50,566 nt of DNA, from positions 1 through 50,566 of the forward strand of contig JAZTYY010000011.1 in the NCBI GenBank assembly GCA_045637205.1, written 5' to 3'. The DNA comes from Eubacteriales bacterium. Its GTDB lineage: Bacteria > Bacillota > Clostridia > Oscillospirales > CAG-272. Position numbers and translations under genes: made by a program. The notes under the pieces are model-generated. The model was not told where the DNA came from. It did no database searches and was given only the letters and a program-made list of their open reading frames with translations. Each line of letters starts with the position of its first letter. The stretch's first letter is position 1. Below are positions 8,701 to 17,369 of this stretch, piece after piece.

Positions 8701-10401
8701 TTATCTGTAGAAGCTGTTTCCACCAATGAATTCTCTTACGATGCTTGTGGGTGGAATTTCATCCTCAACGTCGGATTCACGAACGTAGTTGAGAAGTCCA
8801 ATCATTGCACGCACCTGCTCATAGCATTCATCACTTGGGCTAACTTCTTTAAGCAATGGGTAGATGTATTTTTTGATAACCGACAATTCATAAAGAGTTG
8901 AGCTGTTGAAAATGACGTCAGCATTTTCTTGATATGGGAAAATCCATCTTTCCTCACCGCGTCTTACGGAATCCCACATGTCAAGTGTTCTTTGCACACT
9001 TGAGCCGCGTGATTCAAAGTCACGAACTGTTCTTCTAAGAAGACGAAGTGTGCTTGTGGGAATTCTATTGTGATTATCAAAGTTGAGTGGGAGAAGGGGA
9101 CTTACGAAAAGTCTGAATACAAGCTTGGGATCAAGGTCATCGGGTACAAGGGAGGGATTAAGACCGTGAATACCTTCAACTATAATAACGGAATTATCCT
9201 TAAGCTGCATCTTGTGTCCTGTCCAAACTCTCTTGCCGAGCTTGAAGCTGAACGTGGGAATTTCAACCTCTTTTCCTTCGAAAAGATCCTTAAGATTTTT
9301 GCCGAAAAGCTCGGTGTCGATAGTATTGATATGCTCAAGGTCGAGTTTACCGTCGGGGCCGGGAGCAATCTTGTCTCTATCAATATAATAATCATCAAGG
9401 CTCATCAAAATGGGGGATTTACCGTGAACACGAAGCTGTGTTGCAAGACGGTTTGCACTTGTTGTTTTACCTGATGAGCTTGGGCCTGCAAGCATAACTG
9501 CCTTGGCGCCGCGCTCACAAACCATATCGGCAATTTGTGAAAATCTCTTTTCGTGAAGGGCCTCGTTTACGCGAATAAGCTCTCTAATTTTGCCGTTTTC
9601 AGTAAGCTCGTTAAGGTCGGCAACGGTTTCGCAGCCCATAAGCTCTGACCAACGCTCACCTTCAGAATAAACGTTAAAGAAGTTCGGCATTTCGCGATAA
9701 ACCGAAACTCTATCGGGATTTTTGGGATCGGGAAGCACAAAGATAAAGCCATTTTTAGCTTCAACTATGCTCCAAGAACGAAGGAATGATGTTGAGGGTG
9801 CCATTTCACCATAGAAATAGTCGGCAAAGCCCTCATGCTCATAAACTGTAAAATATGTTTTTCCACGATATTTTAAAAGACGTGTTTTGTCAATTTGATT
9901 TGTTGATTTGTAGTGCTCAATAGCATCATCAATTGGAATTCGACGGCGAAGAAGAGGAATATCCTCGTCAACTATTCTTTGCACCTCGTTAGCAAGGTCA
10001 TCGGCAGAAAAGCCCTCAGTTCCGCTAACTGTAAAATAGATTGAATTTCCAAGTGTGCAGCTCATCTTCGCAATTGCTTCGGGGTAAAGTCGATTAATGG
10101 CAAGGAAGATAATGAACTGTGCGGTTTTAACGTAAGCCTCTCGTCCAAGGGGATCGTCATATCCAAAAAGACGGATGTGACCTCCTGAAGCCTCCATTGC
10201 CGTTCTTATTGATTGTCTATCAGGGGTAACGTCCTTTGAACGAAGAGGGACATAGTTGAGAGTGAAAACTCTACCTGCGATTTTAGCAACGATGGGGTCG
10301 GTTGAGAGCTTGCCCTTAACGTATCCAAGCTCCTTTATTATGTCAAAAAGTGATTGATCAACCTTTGGTTCAACCACATGATTTTCAATGTATAACTTCA
10401 T
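8701..10401 (-). CDS. Nucleoside (uridine-kinase-family) kinase with ThrRS-like N-terminal domain
   Basis: Start MKLYIENH at 10401 behind AGGAGG; P-loop AGPSSSGKTT, SLDDYY, IVEGIHGLNP, EFIGGN. Confidence 0.85.
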   Translation of the reverse strand: MKLYIENHVVEPKVDQSLFDIIKELGYVKGKLSTDPIVAKIAGRVFTLNYVPLRSKDVTPDRQSIRTAMEASGGHIRLFGYDDPLGREAYVKTAQFIIFLAINRLYPEAIAKMSCTLGNSIYFTVSGTEGFSADDLANEVQRIVDEDIPLLRRRIPIDDAIEHYKSTNQIDKTRLLKYRGKTYFTVYEHEGFADYFYGEMAPSTSFLRSWSIVEAKNGFIFVLPDPKNPDRVSVYREMPNFFNVYSEGERWSELMGCETVADLNELTENGKIRELIRVNEALHEKRFSQIADMVCERGAKAVMLAGPSSSGKTTSANRLATQLRVHGKSPILMSLDDYYIDRDKIAPGPDGKLDLEHINTIDTELFGKNLKDLFEGKEVEIPTFSFKLGKRVWTGHKMQLKDNSVIIVEGIHGLNPSLVPDDLDPKLVFRLFVSPLLPLNFDNHNRIPTSTLRLLRRTVRDFESRGSSVQRTLDMWDSVRRGEERWIFPYQENADVIFNSSTLYELSVIKKYIYPLLKEVSPSDECYEQVRAMIGLLNYVRESDVEDEIPPTSIVREFIGGNSFYR

Positions 10402-10510
10402 AATTATACCTCCTTTTACGTATAATTTTATCGTGAAATAACGTCTTTTATTCTTTAAAATTTTGATAGATTTTTGGGGCTTGTTTTTTATTAACAAATC
10501 TCCGTAAAAT

Positions 10511-10590
10511 AAAAAAAGCCGACTACCAAGTGGGTAGTCAACCATTCTCGGCGGTCGTAGAAACACTTGCCCATATCGCAAGCTTATACC
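10511..10590 (-). ncRNA. Purine (guanine-type, C74) riboswitch with overlapping intrinsic terminator
   Basis: Minus strand GGUA-UAA-GCUUGC-GAUAUGG-GCAAGU-GUUUCUAC-GACCG-CCGAGAA-UGGUU-GAC-UACC, then a GACUACC/GGUAGUC hairpin and U7; starts just after a TTGACT-17-TATAAT promoter (10598-10626). Confidence 0.85.
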
Positions 10591-10713
10591 ATTAATAATT
10601 ATATCTAATTTTACATAAAAAGTCAATAATTTTTTATAAAAAATTGTAGAATTTACACATAAAACAAAAAAGTGAGCAGGGAGCACCAAAAACCCCCTGC
10701 TTTTTGTATATTT

Positions 10714-11325
10714 TTAACAATTTTTAAAGATTCCGTTTGATAAAACAGGCATAATGGTGTCATCAATTATGCGGTCAATATCTTCGTCAGACATCTGTTC
10801 AAAAATGGCGCGAAGACCAACGAAATTTGAGATGCCCATCAGCATATATGCAACCGTTGTTGCATCGGGAGCATCCACCTCATCGTTGCTTGAACGAAGC
10901 GCATTTGTGTAGCTTTCAGCAAACGAGCTATAGTAGTCGATAAAGAGCTTTTTATCAATAGATAAAGATCCCCAAATTATATCGTAAACGTTGGGTGTTC
11001 TAATGGCAAATTTGATAAAACATTTAATGCCCTCACGCTCACATTCATAACGGTTTTTACAGTCCCTTATGCTCTCTGCAAGAAGGGATTTTATTTGCTT
11101 TTGATACTTCCACATAAGGTATCTATAGACGTCTGTTTTTGTTTCAAAATATATGTAAAACGTACCGATTGCTGTGCCTGCATTTTTGCATATATCTGAG
11201 ATCGAAGTTTCATGAAATCCATTTTTGGTGAATAATTCCTCGGCGGTATCAAGCAATTTGTTCATTTTAGCCAAGCCGAGCTTTGTTTTTGGCAAATTAA
11301 TGCCTTTTGCACTATAATTGTCCAT
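10714..11325 (-). CDS. TetR/AcrR family transcriptional regulator
   Basis: LLDTAEELFTKNGFHETSISDICKNAGTAIGTFYIYFETK HTH; start MDNY behind AAGGAG; own TTGCAA-17-TATAAT promoter at 11357-11385. Confidence 0.92.
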   Translation of the reverse strand: MDNYSAKGINLPKTKLGLAKMNKLLDTAEELFTKNGFHETSISDICKNAGTAIGTFYIYFETKTDVYRYLMWKYQKQIKSLLAESIRDCKNRYECEREGIKCFIKFAIRTPNVYDIIWGSLSIDKKLFIDYYSSFAESYTNALRSSNDEVDAPDATTVAYMLMGISNFVGLRAIFEQMSDEDIDRIIDDTIMPVLSNGIFKNC

Positions 11326-11457
11326 TAATTTGTCTCCTTTTGGGATTTGTAGGAATATTATAACATTTTTCATCGTTATTTGCAATAGTTATTGATGCAT
11401 TTTTTTGTTCAATTTTCACTAAAAATTTTAACTAATTGAAAATTATTTGTTATCTTA

Positions 11458-11486
11458 TTGACAAATTAATTGAAATTATATATAAT
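11458..11486 (+). promoter_or_regulatory. Consensus sigmaA promoter of the maoC-bcd-etf operon
   Basis: TTGACA-17-TATAAT. Confidence 0.85.
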
Positions 11487-11496
11487 ATAAGTGAAT

Positions 11497-11519
11497 AAAT
11501 ATGAACATTATTCATATTT
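11497..11519. promoter_or_regulatory. Candidate TetR operator
   Basis: Perfect palindrome AAATATGAA-N5-TTCATATTT just downstream of the -10, opposite a divergent tetR. Confidence 0.65.
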
Positions 11520-11541
11520 TTGATATTTGGAGGAAAAAAAC

Positions 11542-11949
11542 ATGACATTCAATGAACTCTATGTAGGACAAAAAGCGTCCGTACAGAAAACCTTTGCTGA
11601 TGCAGATCTTAGAGCATTTGCTGAAGTGAGCCTTGACACAAACCCAATTCATCTTGATGAGGAATATGCTAAGACAACTATCTTTGGTAAGAGAATTGTT
11701 CACGGTATTCTTACATCAGGACTTATTTCCGCAGTGCTTGCAAACAAGCTCCCCGGTCCCGGCACAATCTATCTTGGACAGGAACTTAAATTTACAGCAC
11801 CCGTATTCCTTGGCGACACAATTACAGCTGAATGTGAAATCGCTGAAATTCGCGAGGATAAGCACATTGTTAAGCTTAACACAACTTGCTATAATCAGGA
11901 CGGTAAGGTAGTTATCGCCGGCATGGCAACCGTTAAGTTCAACGGTTAA
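11542..11949 (+). CDS. MaoC-family (R)-specific enoyl-CoA hydratase (PhaJ-like)
   Basis: FAEVSLDTNPIHLD...FGKRIVHGIL...LPGPGTIYLGQELKF; ATG 11542 behind GGAGG. Confidence 0.9.
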   Translation: MTFNELYVGQKASVQKTFADADLRAFAEVSLDTNPIHLDEEYAKTTIFGKRIVHGILTSGLISAVLANKLPGPGTIYLGQELKFTAPVFLGDTITAECEIAEIREDKHIVKLNTTCYNQDGKVVIAGMATVKFNG

Positions 11950-11976
11950 TTTTATTCGGTTTAAAAACCGCTGCTT

Positions 11977-12042
11977 GTAGGGGCGGCCATTGGCCGTTCG
12001 CACAAAAATAAAAGTTTACGGACGTCCACTGGGCGCCCCTAC
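11977..12042. repeat. REP/REPIN-like inverted repeat
   Basis: GTAGGGGCG-GCCATTGGCCG...CGGACGTCCACTGGG-CGCCCCTAC; GTAG ends and internal palindromes. Confidence 0.7.
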
Positions 12043-12122
12043 GGCGACCACTCAAATTTGTTTTACAAAATTTTTATCATAAAGGGGCAGAGCATTAATT
12101 CTTGCCCAAGGAGGACAATAAA

Positions 12123-13259
12123 ATGGCAAATTACAAATCAATTCTGTTTGAACAGATGATCAAGGATTTCGCTGAAACTGAAGTTAAGCCTCTTGCTAGT
12201 GAGGTTGACGAACAGGAGCGTTTCCCTGCAGAAACTGTTGAAAAGATGGCGAAGATGGGCCTTATGGGTATCATCGTTCCCAAGGAATACGAAGGTGCAG
12301 GCGGTGACTACTACATGTATATCTCCGCAGTTGAAGAGCTTTCAAAGCACTGTGCAACAACCGGTGTTATTCTTTCAGCTCACACATCTCTTTGTGTAGC
12401 ACCTATTCTTGAATACGGTACAGAGGATCAGAGAAAGAAATATCTTCCTGACCTTGCAACAGGTAGAAAGATTGGCGCATTCGGTCTTACAGAGCCCAAT
12501 GCAGGTACTGATGCTGCTAACCAGCAGACAGTGGCAGTTGAGATGGAAGATCACTATCTTCTCAACGGAAGCAAAATCTTCATCACAAATGCAGGCTATG
12601 CTTCAACATATATCATCATTGCCATTACAGGCAAGACACCTAAGGGCCCTGAAATGAGTGCATTCATCGTTGAAAAGGCATTCGAGGGCTTCTCAGTTGG
12701 TAAGAAGGAAAAGAAGATGGGTATTCGTGGATCTGCAACTTGCGAGCTTATTTTCGAAAACGTTAAGGTTCCCAAGGAAAATCTTCTTGGTAAACGTGGC
12801 GACGGCTTTAAGATCGCTATGAAAACACTTGACGGTGGCCGTATCGGTATCGCTGCTCAGGCTCTTGGTATTGCTGAGGGCGCACTTGATGCAACTATCG
12901 GTTACGTTAAGTCAAGAAAGCAGTTTGGCAGAAGCATTTCTCAGTTCCAGAATACACAGTTCCAGCTTGCAGATATGGCAACTAAGGTTGCAGCTGCTAA
13001 GGGTCTTGTATATGCTGCAGTTAATGCAAAGGCAAACAAGCTCCCCACACTTTCAGTAAATGCAGCACAGGCAAAGCTCTTCGCTGCTGAAACAGCTATG
13101 GAAGTTACAACAAAGGCAGTTCAGCTCCACGGTGGTTACGGTTATACTCGTGAATATCCCGTTGAGAGAATGATGCGTGACGCAAAGATTACTGAAATCT
13201 ATGAAGGTACAAGTGAAGTTCAGAGAATGGTAATCTCCGGCGCACTCCTTAGAAAGTGA
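12123..13259 (+). CDS. bcd: Butyryl-CoA (short-chain acyl-CoA) dehydrogenase
   Basis: AFGLTEPNAGTDA, KMGIRGSAT, TLDGGRIGIAAQALG, KITEIYEGTSEVQR; followed by etfBA. Confidence 0.88.
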   Translation: MANYKSILFEQMIKDFAETEVKPLASEVDEQERFPAETVEKMAKMGLMGIIVPKEYEGAGGDYYMYISAVEELSKHCATTGVILSAHTSLCVAPILEYGTEDQRKKYLPDLATGRKIGAFGLTEPNAGTDAANQQTVAVEMEDHYLLNGSKIFITNAGYASTYIIIAITGKTPKGPEMSAFIVEKAFEGFSVGKKEKKMGIRGSATCELIFENVKVPKENLLGKRGDGFKIAMKTLDGGRIGIAAQALGIAEGALDATIGYVKSRKQFGRSISQFQNTQFQLADMATKVAAAKGLVYAAVNAKANKLPTLSVNAAQAKLFAAETAMEVTTKAVQLHGGYGYTREYPVERMMRDAKITEIYEGTSEVQRMVISGALLRK

Positions 13260-13271
13260 GGTTGAACTAAC

Positions 13272-14057
13272 ATGAAAATTATAGTATGTATTAAACAGGT
13301 TCCTAACACAACCGAAATTAAAATTGACCCCGTAACAAATACACTTAAGCGTGACGGTGTTCCCAGTATCATCAACCCTGATGATAAGACAGCTATTGAG
13401 GCTGCGCTTCAGCTTAAGGAAAAGTGCGGTGCAACAGTAACAGTTATCACAATGGGTCCTATGCAGGCAGAAAAAGCACTTCGCGAAGCACTTGCTATGG
13501 GTGCTGACGAAGCATTCCTTATTTCAGGCCGCGAATTTGCAGGCTCAGATACACTTGCAACATCTACAATTATCGCAGCGGCTATCAGAAAGCTCGGTGC
13601 GGACGTAGTATTCTGCGGACGTCAGGCTATTGACGGTGACACAGCACAGGTTGGTCCTCAGATTGCTGAACATCTTGATATTCCTCAAATTACATACGCA
13701 GCAGCGGTTGACTATTGCGAAGAATGTGGTGCACTCATCGTTAAGCGTGAATTTGAAGATAGATACCAGACACTTAAGGTTAGTGGTATGTGCCTTGTAA
13801 CAATTCTTTCTTCTTTTGCAAAGCCCAGATATATGAACGTTTGGGATATCGTAGGACAGGACGAAAAGGAAATCGGACTTATCACATTTGCTGACCTTGA
13901 CCTCAACAAAGAGGACATCGGTCTTGGTGGCTCACCTACAAAGGTTAAATCTACAGCAACAAAACAGTTTAATAAGACAATTGAAACTCTTGAGCTTGAT
14001 CCCGAAGCAGCAGCTAAGGCTATCGTTGACGCGCTCAAGGAACGTCATTTGATTTAA
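13272..14057 (+). CDS. etfB: Electron transfer flavoprotein beta subunit
   Basis: MKIIVCIKQVP, GRQAIDGDTAQVGP, GSPTKV. Confidence 0.95.
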   Translation: MKIIVCIKQVPNTTEIKIDPVTNTLKRDGVPSIINPDDKTAIEAALQLKEKCGATVTVITMGPMQAEKALREALAMGADEAFLISGREFAGSDTLATSTIIAAAIRKLGADVVFCGRQAIDGDTAQVGPQIAEHLDIPQITYAAAVDYCEECGALIVKREFEDRYQTLKVSGMCLVTILSSFAKPRYMNVWDIVGQDEKEIGLITFADLDLNKEDIGLGGSPTKVKSTATKQFNKTIETLELDPEAAAKAIVDALKERHLI

Positions 14058-14071
14058 GGAGGTATAGGATT

Positions 14072-15037
14072 ATGGCAAAGAATATTTGGGTATTCTGCGA
14101 ACAACGTGACGGTGAAGTTCAAAACGTTGCACTTGAGCTTATCGGTGTTGCTCGTGAGCTTGCAGAAAAGACAGGCGAAAAGGTAAATGCTATCCTTCTT
14201 GGACACGGCGTTACAGATAAGGCACAGAGCCTCATTGCTCACGGTGCTGACGGTGTTTACGTTGTAGACGACGTAAATCTTGAAAAATTCGTAACTGAGC
14301 CTTACGCTCAGGCGGTAACACATATTGCTAAAAAGTATGAGCCAAATGTAATTCTCTTTGGTGCTACAAGCATAGGTCGTGACCTTGCTCCCAGACTTTC
14401 AGCAAGACTTAAGACAGGTCTTACTGCCGACTGTACAAAGCTTGAAATGGATGAAGAGGGAAACCTTTTCATGACAAGACCTGCATTTGGTGGCAACTTG
14501 TTTGCAACAATTATTTGCCCTGATCATCGTCCTCAGATGAGTACAGTTCGTCCCGGTGTTATGAAGAAGCTTGATGCTGACGAAACAAGACAGGGTGAAA
14601 TCGTTGTTGAAAATATCGAATGGAACACAGCTAAATTTGCTGTTGAAGTGCTTGAAGAAGTAAAGGCTGAAAAGGCTGAAGCTAATATCGAGGATGCAAA
14701 GATTCTTGTATCTTGCGGACGTGGTGTTAAGAACTTGGCTTCTGCTCACGAGCTTGCAGGTAAGATTAAGGGTACAGTTTCTTCTTCAAGAACTCTTGTT
14801 GACTTGGGACTTATGGATCATGCTCGTCAGGTTGGTCAGACAGGTAAGACAGTTCGTCCTGAAGCATATCTTGCATTTGGTATTTCCGGAGCTATTCAGC
14901 ACCTTGCCGGTATGGAAGAATCCGAATTCATAGTTGCAGTTAATACTGACAAGAATGCACCTATCTTTAAAGTTGCTAACCTTGGTATCGTAGCAGACGC
15001 TGAGGCAGTATTTAAGAATCTTAATAAGATGCTTTAA
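14072..15037 (+). CDS. etfA: Electron transfer flavoprotein alpha subunit
   Basis: GLTADCT, RPAFGGN, QVGQTGKTVRP, GISGAIQHLAGM. Confidence 0.95.
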   Translation: MAKNIWVFCEQRDGEVQNVALELIGVARELAEKTGEKVNAILLGHGVTDKAQSLIAHGADGVYVVDDVNLEKFVTEPYAQAVTHIAKKYEPNVILFGATSIGRDLAPRLSARLKTGLTADCTKLEMDEEGNLFMTRPAFGGNLFATIICPDHRPQMSTVRPGVMKKLDADETRQGEIVVENIEWNTAKFAVEVLEEVKAEKAEANIEDAKILVSCGRGVKNLASAHELAGKIKGTVSSSRTLVDLGLMDHARQVGQTGKTVRPEAYLAFGISGAIQHLAGMEESEFIVAVNTDKNAPIFKVANLGIVADAEAVFKNLNKML

Positions 15038-15040
15038 TAG

Positions 15041-15372
15041 ATTGACGTTGTTCGCACTCGCTTTTTGCGATTGTTTTGCTCCGCTTTTTCAAAAGCGGAC
15101 GCCCGCGCGGCGTTAGCGCAAAAAACGGCCGTTTCTTTTGTTAGCTTTTCTTTGGGCCTCTTTTTCCAAAGAAAAGCGGCTAAACGGTTTTGCTAGCAAA
15201 ATGTCTATAACGCTTTTTTCTTTGTAGGTATAGCCCCAAAGAAAAAAGCTTTGCAAAAAAGAAATGGCGTTATACAGGGCTACGCGCCCCGTACCCGCGC
15301 CACTGTGCGTGGAGCACCACCTTTAAAAAGGTGGACGAAACAAACCATTTGGTTTGTGCTAACAACGTGAAT
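15041..15372. mobile_element. ~330-bp MITE-like, imperfectly palindromic non-coding element
   Basis: Terminal IRs ATTGACGTTGTTCGCAC / GTGCTAACAACGTGAAT (15/17) and several nested hairpins mirrored in both arms. Confidence 0.6.
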
Positions 15373-15399
15373 AATTTTTATACGAAAGGAAGAAGCTCA

Positions 15400-16605
15400 A
15401 TGAATAAAGTTTATTTGATTAGTGCAAAAAGAAGTGCAATCGGCTCAATGCTTGGCACTCTTAAAGACCTTTCCCCCACAAAGCTTGGCGCTGATGTGCT
15501 TAAAGCTACTCTTGAGGCAGGAAATGTAAATCCCGCATGGCTTGATGAAGTTATTGTTGGTAACGTTCTTCCTGCAGGAGTAAAGCAGGGACCTGCCCGT
15601 CAGGTTGCTATTGGCGCAGGTGTTCCCGTTGAAATTCCCGCATACTCACTCAATATGGTTTGCGGAAGTGGTATGAAATCAGTTATGAATGCATATACCG
15701 CAATCAAAGCAGGCATGGCAGACCTCATTGCCGCAGGTGGAACTGAGGTTATGAGCGGTGCTCCTTATCTTGTTCCCGGAAAAGTTAGAAGCGGAAATAA
15801 GATGGGTGAGATGAAGCTTGTTGACCACATGCTTGTTGACTCTCTTACTGATGCCTTTGGCAATATGCATATGGGTATCACAGCTGAAAATGTAGCTGAA
15901 AGATATGGCATTACAAGAGAGATGCAAGATGAATTTGCAATCAATTCACAGGCAAAGGCAATTGCCGCTCAGGATGCGGGCAAATTCGTTGATGAAATAG
16001 TTCCCCTTACAGTTAAGGTTGGAAGAAAAGAAATTATTTTCGATGCGGATGAATATATCAATCGCACAACAACACTTGAAAAGCTCTCAACACTTCGTCC
16101 TGCGTTTAAGCCCGACGGTACAGTTACAGCGGGCAATGCATCAGGCATAAATGATGGTGCTTCCTTCTGTGTGCTTGCAAGTGAAGAAGCGGTTGCAAAA
16201 TACGGTCTTGAACCTATGGCTGAAATAGTAGCTGTTGGACAGGGTGGTGTTGAACCCGACGTAATGGGACTTGGTCCTGTGCCCGCAGTTACAAATGCGC
16301 TTAAGAATGCAGGAATGAAGATTGATGAAATCGAACTTTTTGAACTTAATGAAGCATTTGCAGCACAGTCACTCGGTGTGGTTAAGCTCCTTTCCGAAGG
16401 ACATGGAGTTGACCCCGAATACATCGTTTCCCGTTGCAATGTTAACGGTGGTGCGATAGCACTTGGTCACCCTGTAGGTGCATCAGGTAATAGAATTATT
16501 GTTACACTCGCACACGAGCTTAAGAGAAGCGGCAAGACATATGGTGTTGCATCTCTTTGTATCGGTGGCGGTATGGGTACAGCAGTTGTACTTAAAAATA
16601 TTTAA
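15400..16605 (+). CDS. thlA: Acetyl-CoA C-acetyltransferase (thiolase)
   Basis: NMVCGSGMK, GNASGINDGA, NEAFAAQ, GHPVGASG, LCIGGGMG; start moved to ATG 15400. Confidence 0.92.
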   Translation: MNKVYLISAKRSAIGSMLGTLKDLSPTKLGADVLKATLEAGNVNPAWLDEVIVGNVLPAGVKQGPARQVAIGAGVPVEIPAYSLNMVCGSGMKSVMNAYTAIKAGMADLIAAGGTEVMSGAPYLVPGKVRSGNKMGEMKLVDHMLVDSLTDAFGNMHMGITAENVAERYGITREMQDEFAINSQAKAIAAQDAGKFVDEIVPLTVKVGRKEIIFDADEYINRTTTLEKLSTLRPAFKPDGTVTAGNASGINDGASFCVLASEEAVAKYGLEPMAEIVAVGQGGVEPDVMGLGPVPAVTNALKNAGMKIDEIELFELNEAFAAQSLGVVKLLSEGHGVDPEYIVSRCNVNGGAIALGHPVGASGNRIIVTLAHELKRSGKTYGVASLCIGGGMGTAVVLKNI

Positions 16606-16623
16606 CAGAAAGGATTTAACACT

Positions 16624-17343
16624 ATGAGATTAGAAAACAAAGTTGCAATAGTTACAGGCGGAGCAAAAGGTCTTGGTGGCGAAATGGCTCTCACTTTCGC
16701 AAGAGAGGGCGCAAAGGTAATTGCTGTTGATATGATGCCTCTTACCTATGAAAACGAGAGCGTTGAATATTATCAGATTAACGTTACTGATGGTGAAGCG
16801 TGCAAGAATTTCTTTGAATACGTTAAAGAAAAATACGGTAAAATAGATATTCTTGTAAACAACGCAGGTATCACACGCGATGCAATGACAAGAAAGATGA
16901 CTGATGATCAGTGGGATCTTGTTATTGACATCAACCTTAAGGGTGTGTTTAATCTCACTCGTTACGTTGGTCCTTTTATGGAAGAAATGGGTGGCGGTTC
17001 AATCATCAACATTTCATCAGTTGTTGGTGAATACGGTAACATCGGTCAGGCAAACTACGCGGCATCTAAGGCAGGCGTAATTGGTCTTACAAAGACATGG
17101 GCAAAGGAATTTGCTCGTAAGGGTGTTCCCGTAAGATGCAATGCAATCGCTCCCGGATATATTATGACGGATATGATGAAAACAGTTCCTGAAGAGCTTC
17201 TTCAGAAATTTGCAGGTCTTACAATGCTTGGCAGACTTGGTCAGCCTGAAGAAATTGCAAAGGCAGCACTCTTCCTTGCAAGTGACGATTCATCATACGT
17301 TACAGGACACGTTCTCTCCGTTAATGGCGGTATGAGACTTTAA
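16624..17343 (+). CDS. SDR, FabG/PhaB-like 3-hydroxyacyl-CoA dehydrogenase / acetoacetyl-CoA reductase
   Basis: TGGAKGLG, NNAGITRD, GQANYAASK; Asp at end of beta2 (VIAVD) points to NAD(H) preference. Confidence 0.85.
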   Translation: MRLENKVAIVTGGAKGLGGEMALTFAREGAKVIAVDMMPLTYENESVEYYQINVTDGEACKNFFEYVKEKYGKIDILVNNAGITRDAMTRKMTDDQWDLVIDINLKGVFNLTRYVGPFMEEMGGGSIINISSVVGEYGNIGQANYAASKAGVIGLTKTWAKEFARKGVPVRCNAIAPGYIMTDMMKTVPEELLQKFAGLTMLGRLGQPEEIAKAALFLASDDSSYVTGHVLSVNGGMRL

Positions 17344-17369
17344 TCCATAAAATTTTGGAGGAAAACAAT

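Noticed and set aside
10402-10689. 96-aa N-terminal extension of the kinase ORF given in the track (8701..10689)
   Set aside because: It runs through the promoter, riboswitch and terminator; a strong RBS precedes ATG 10401
15331-15399. GTG-started extension of the thiolase
   Set aside because: It lies in the palindromic element; RBS and thiolase homology begin at 15400
11542-17343. PHA biosynthesis operon (phaA/phaB/phaJ-like genes)
   Set aside because: No PHA synthase or phasin in the window; the importer, hydrolases and NAD-type SDR favour catabolism, although phaC elsewhere cannot be excluded
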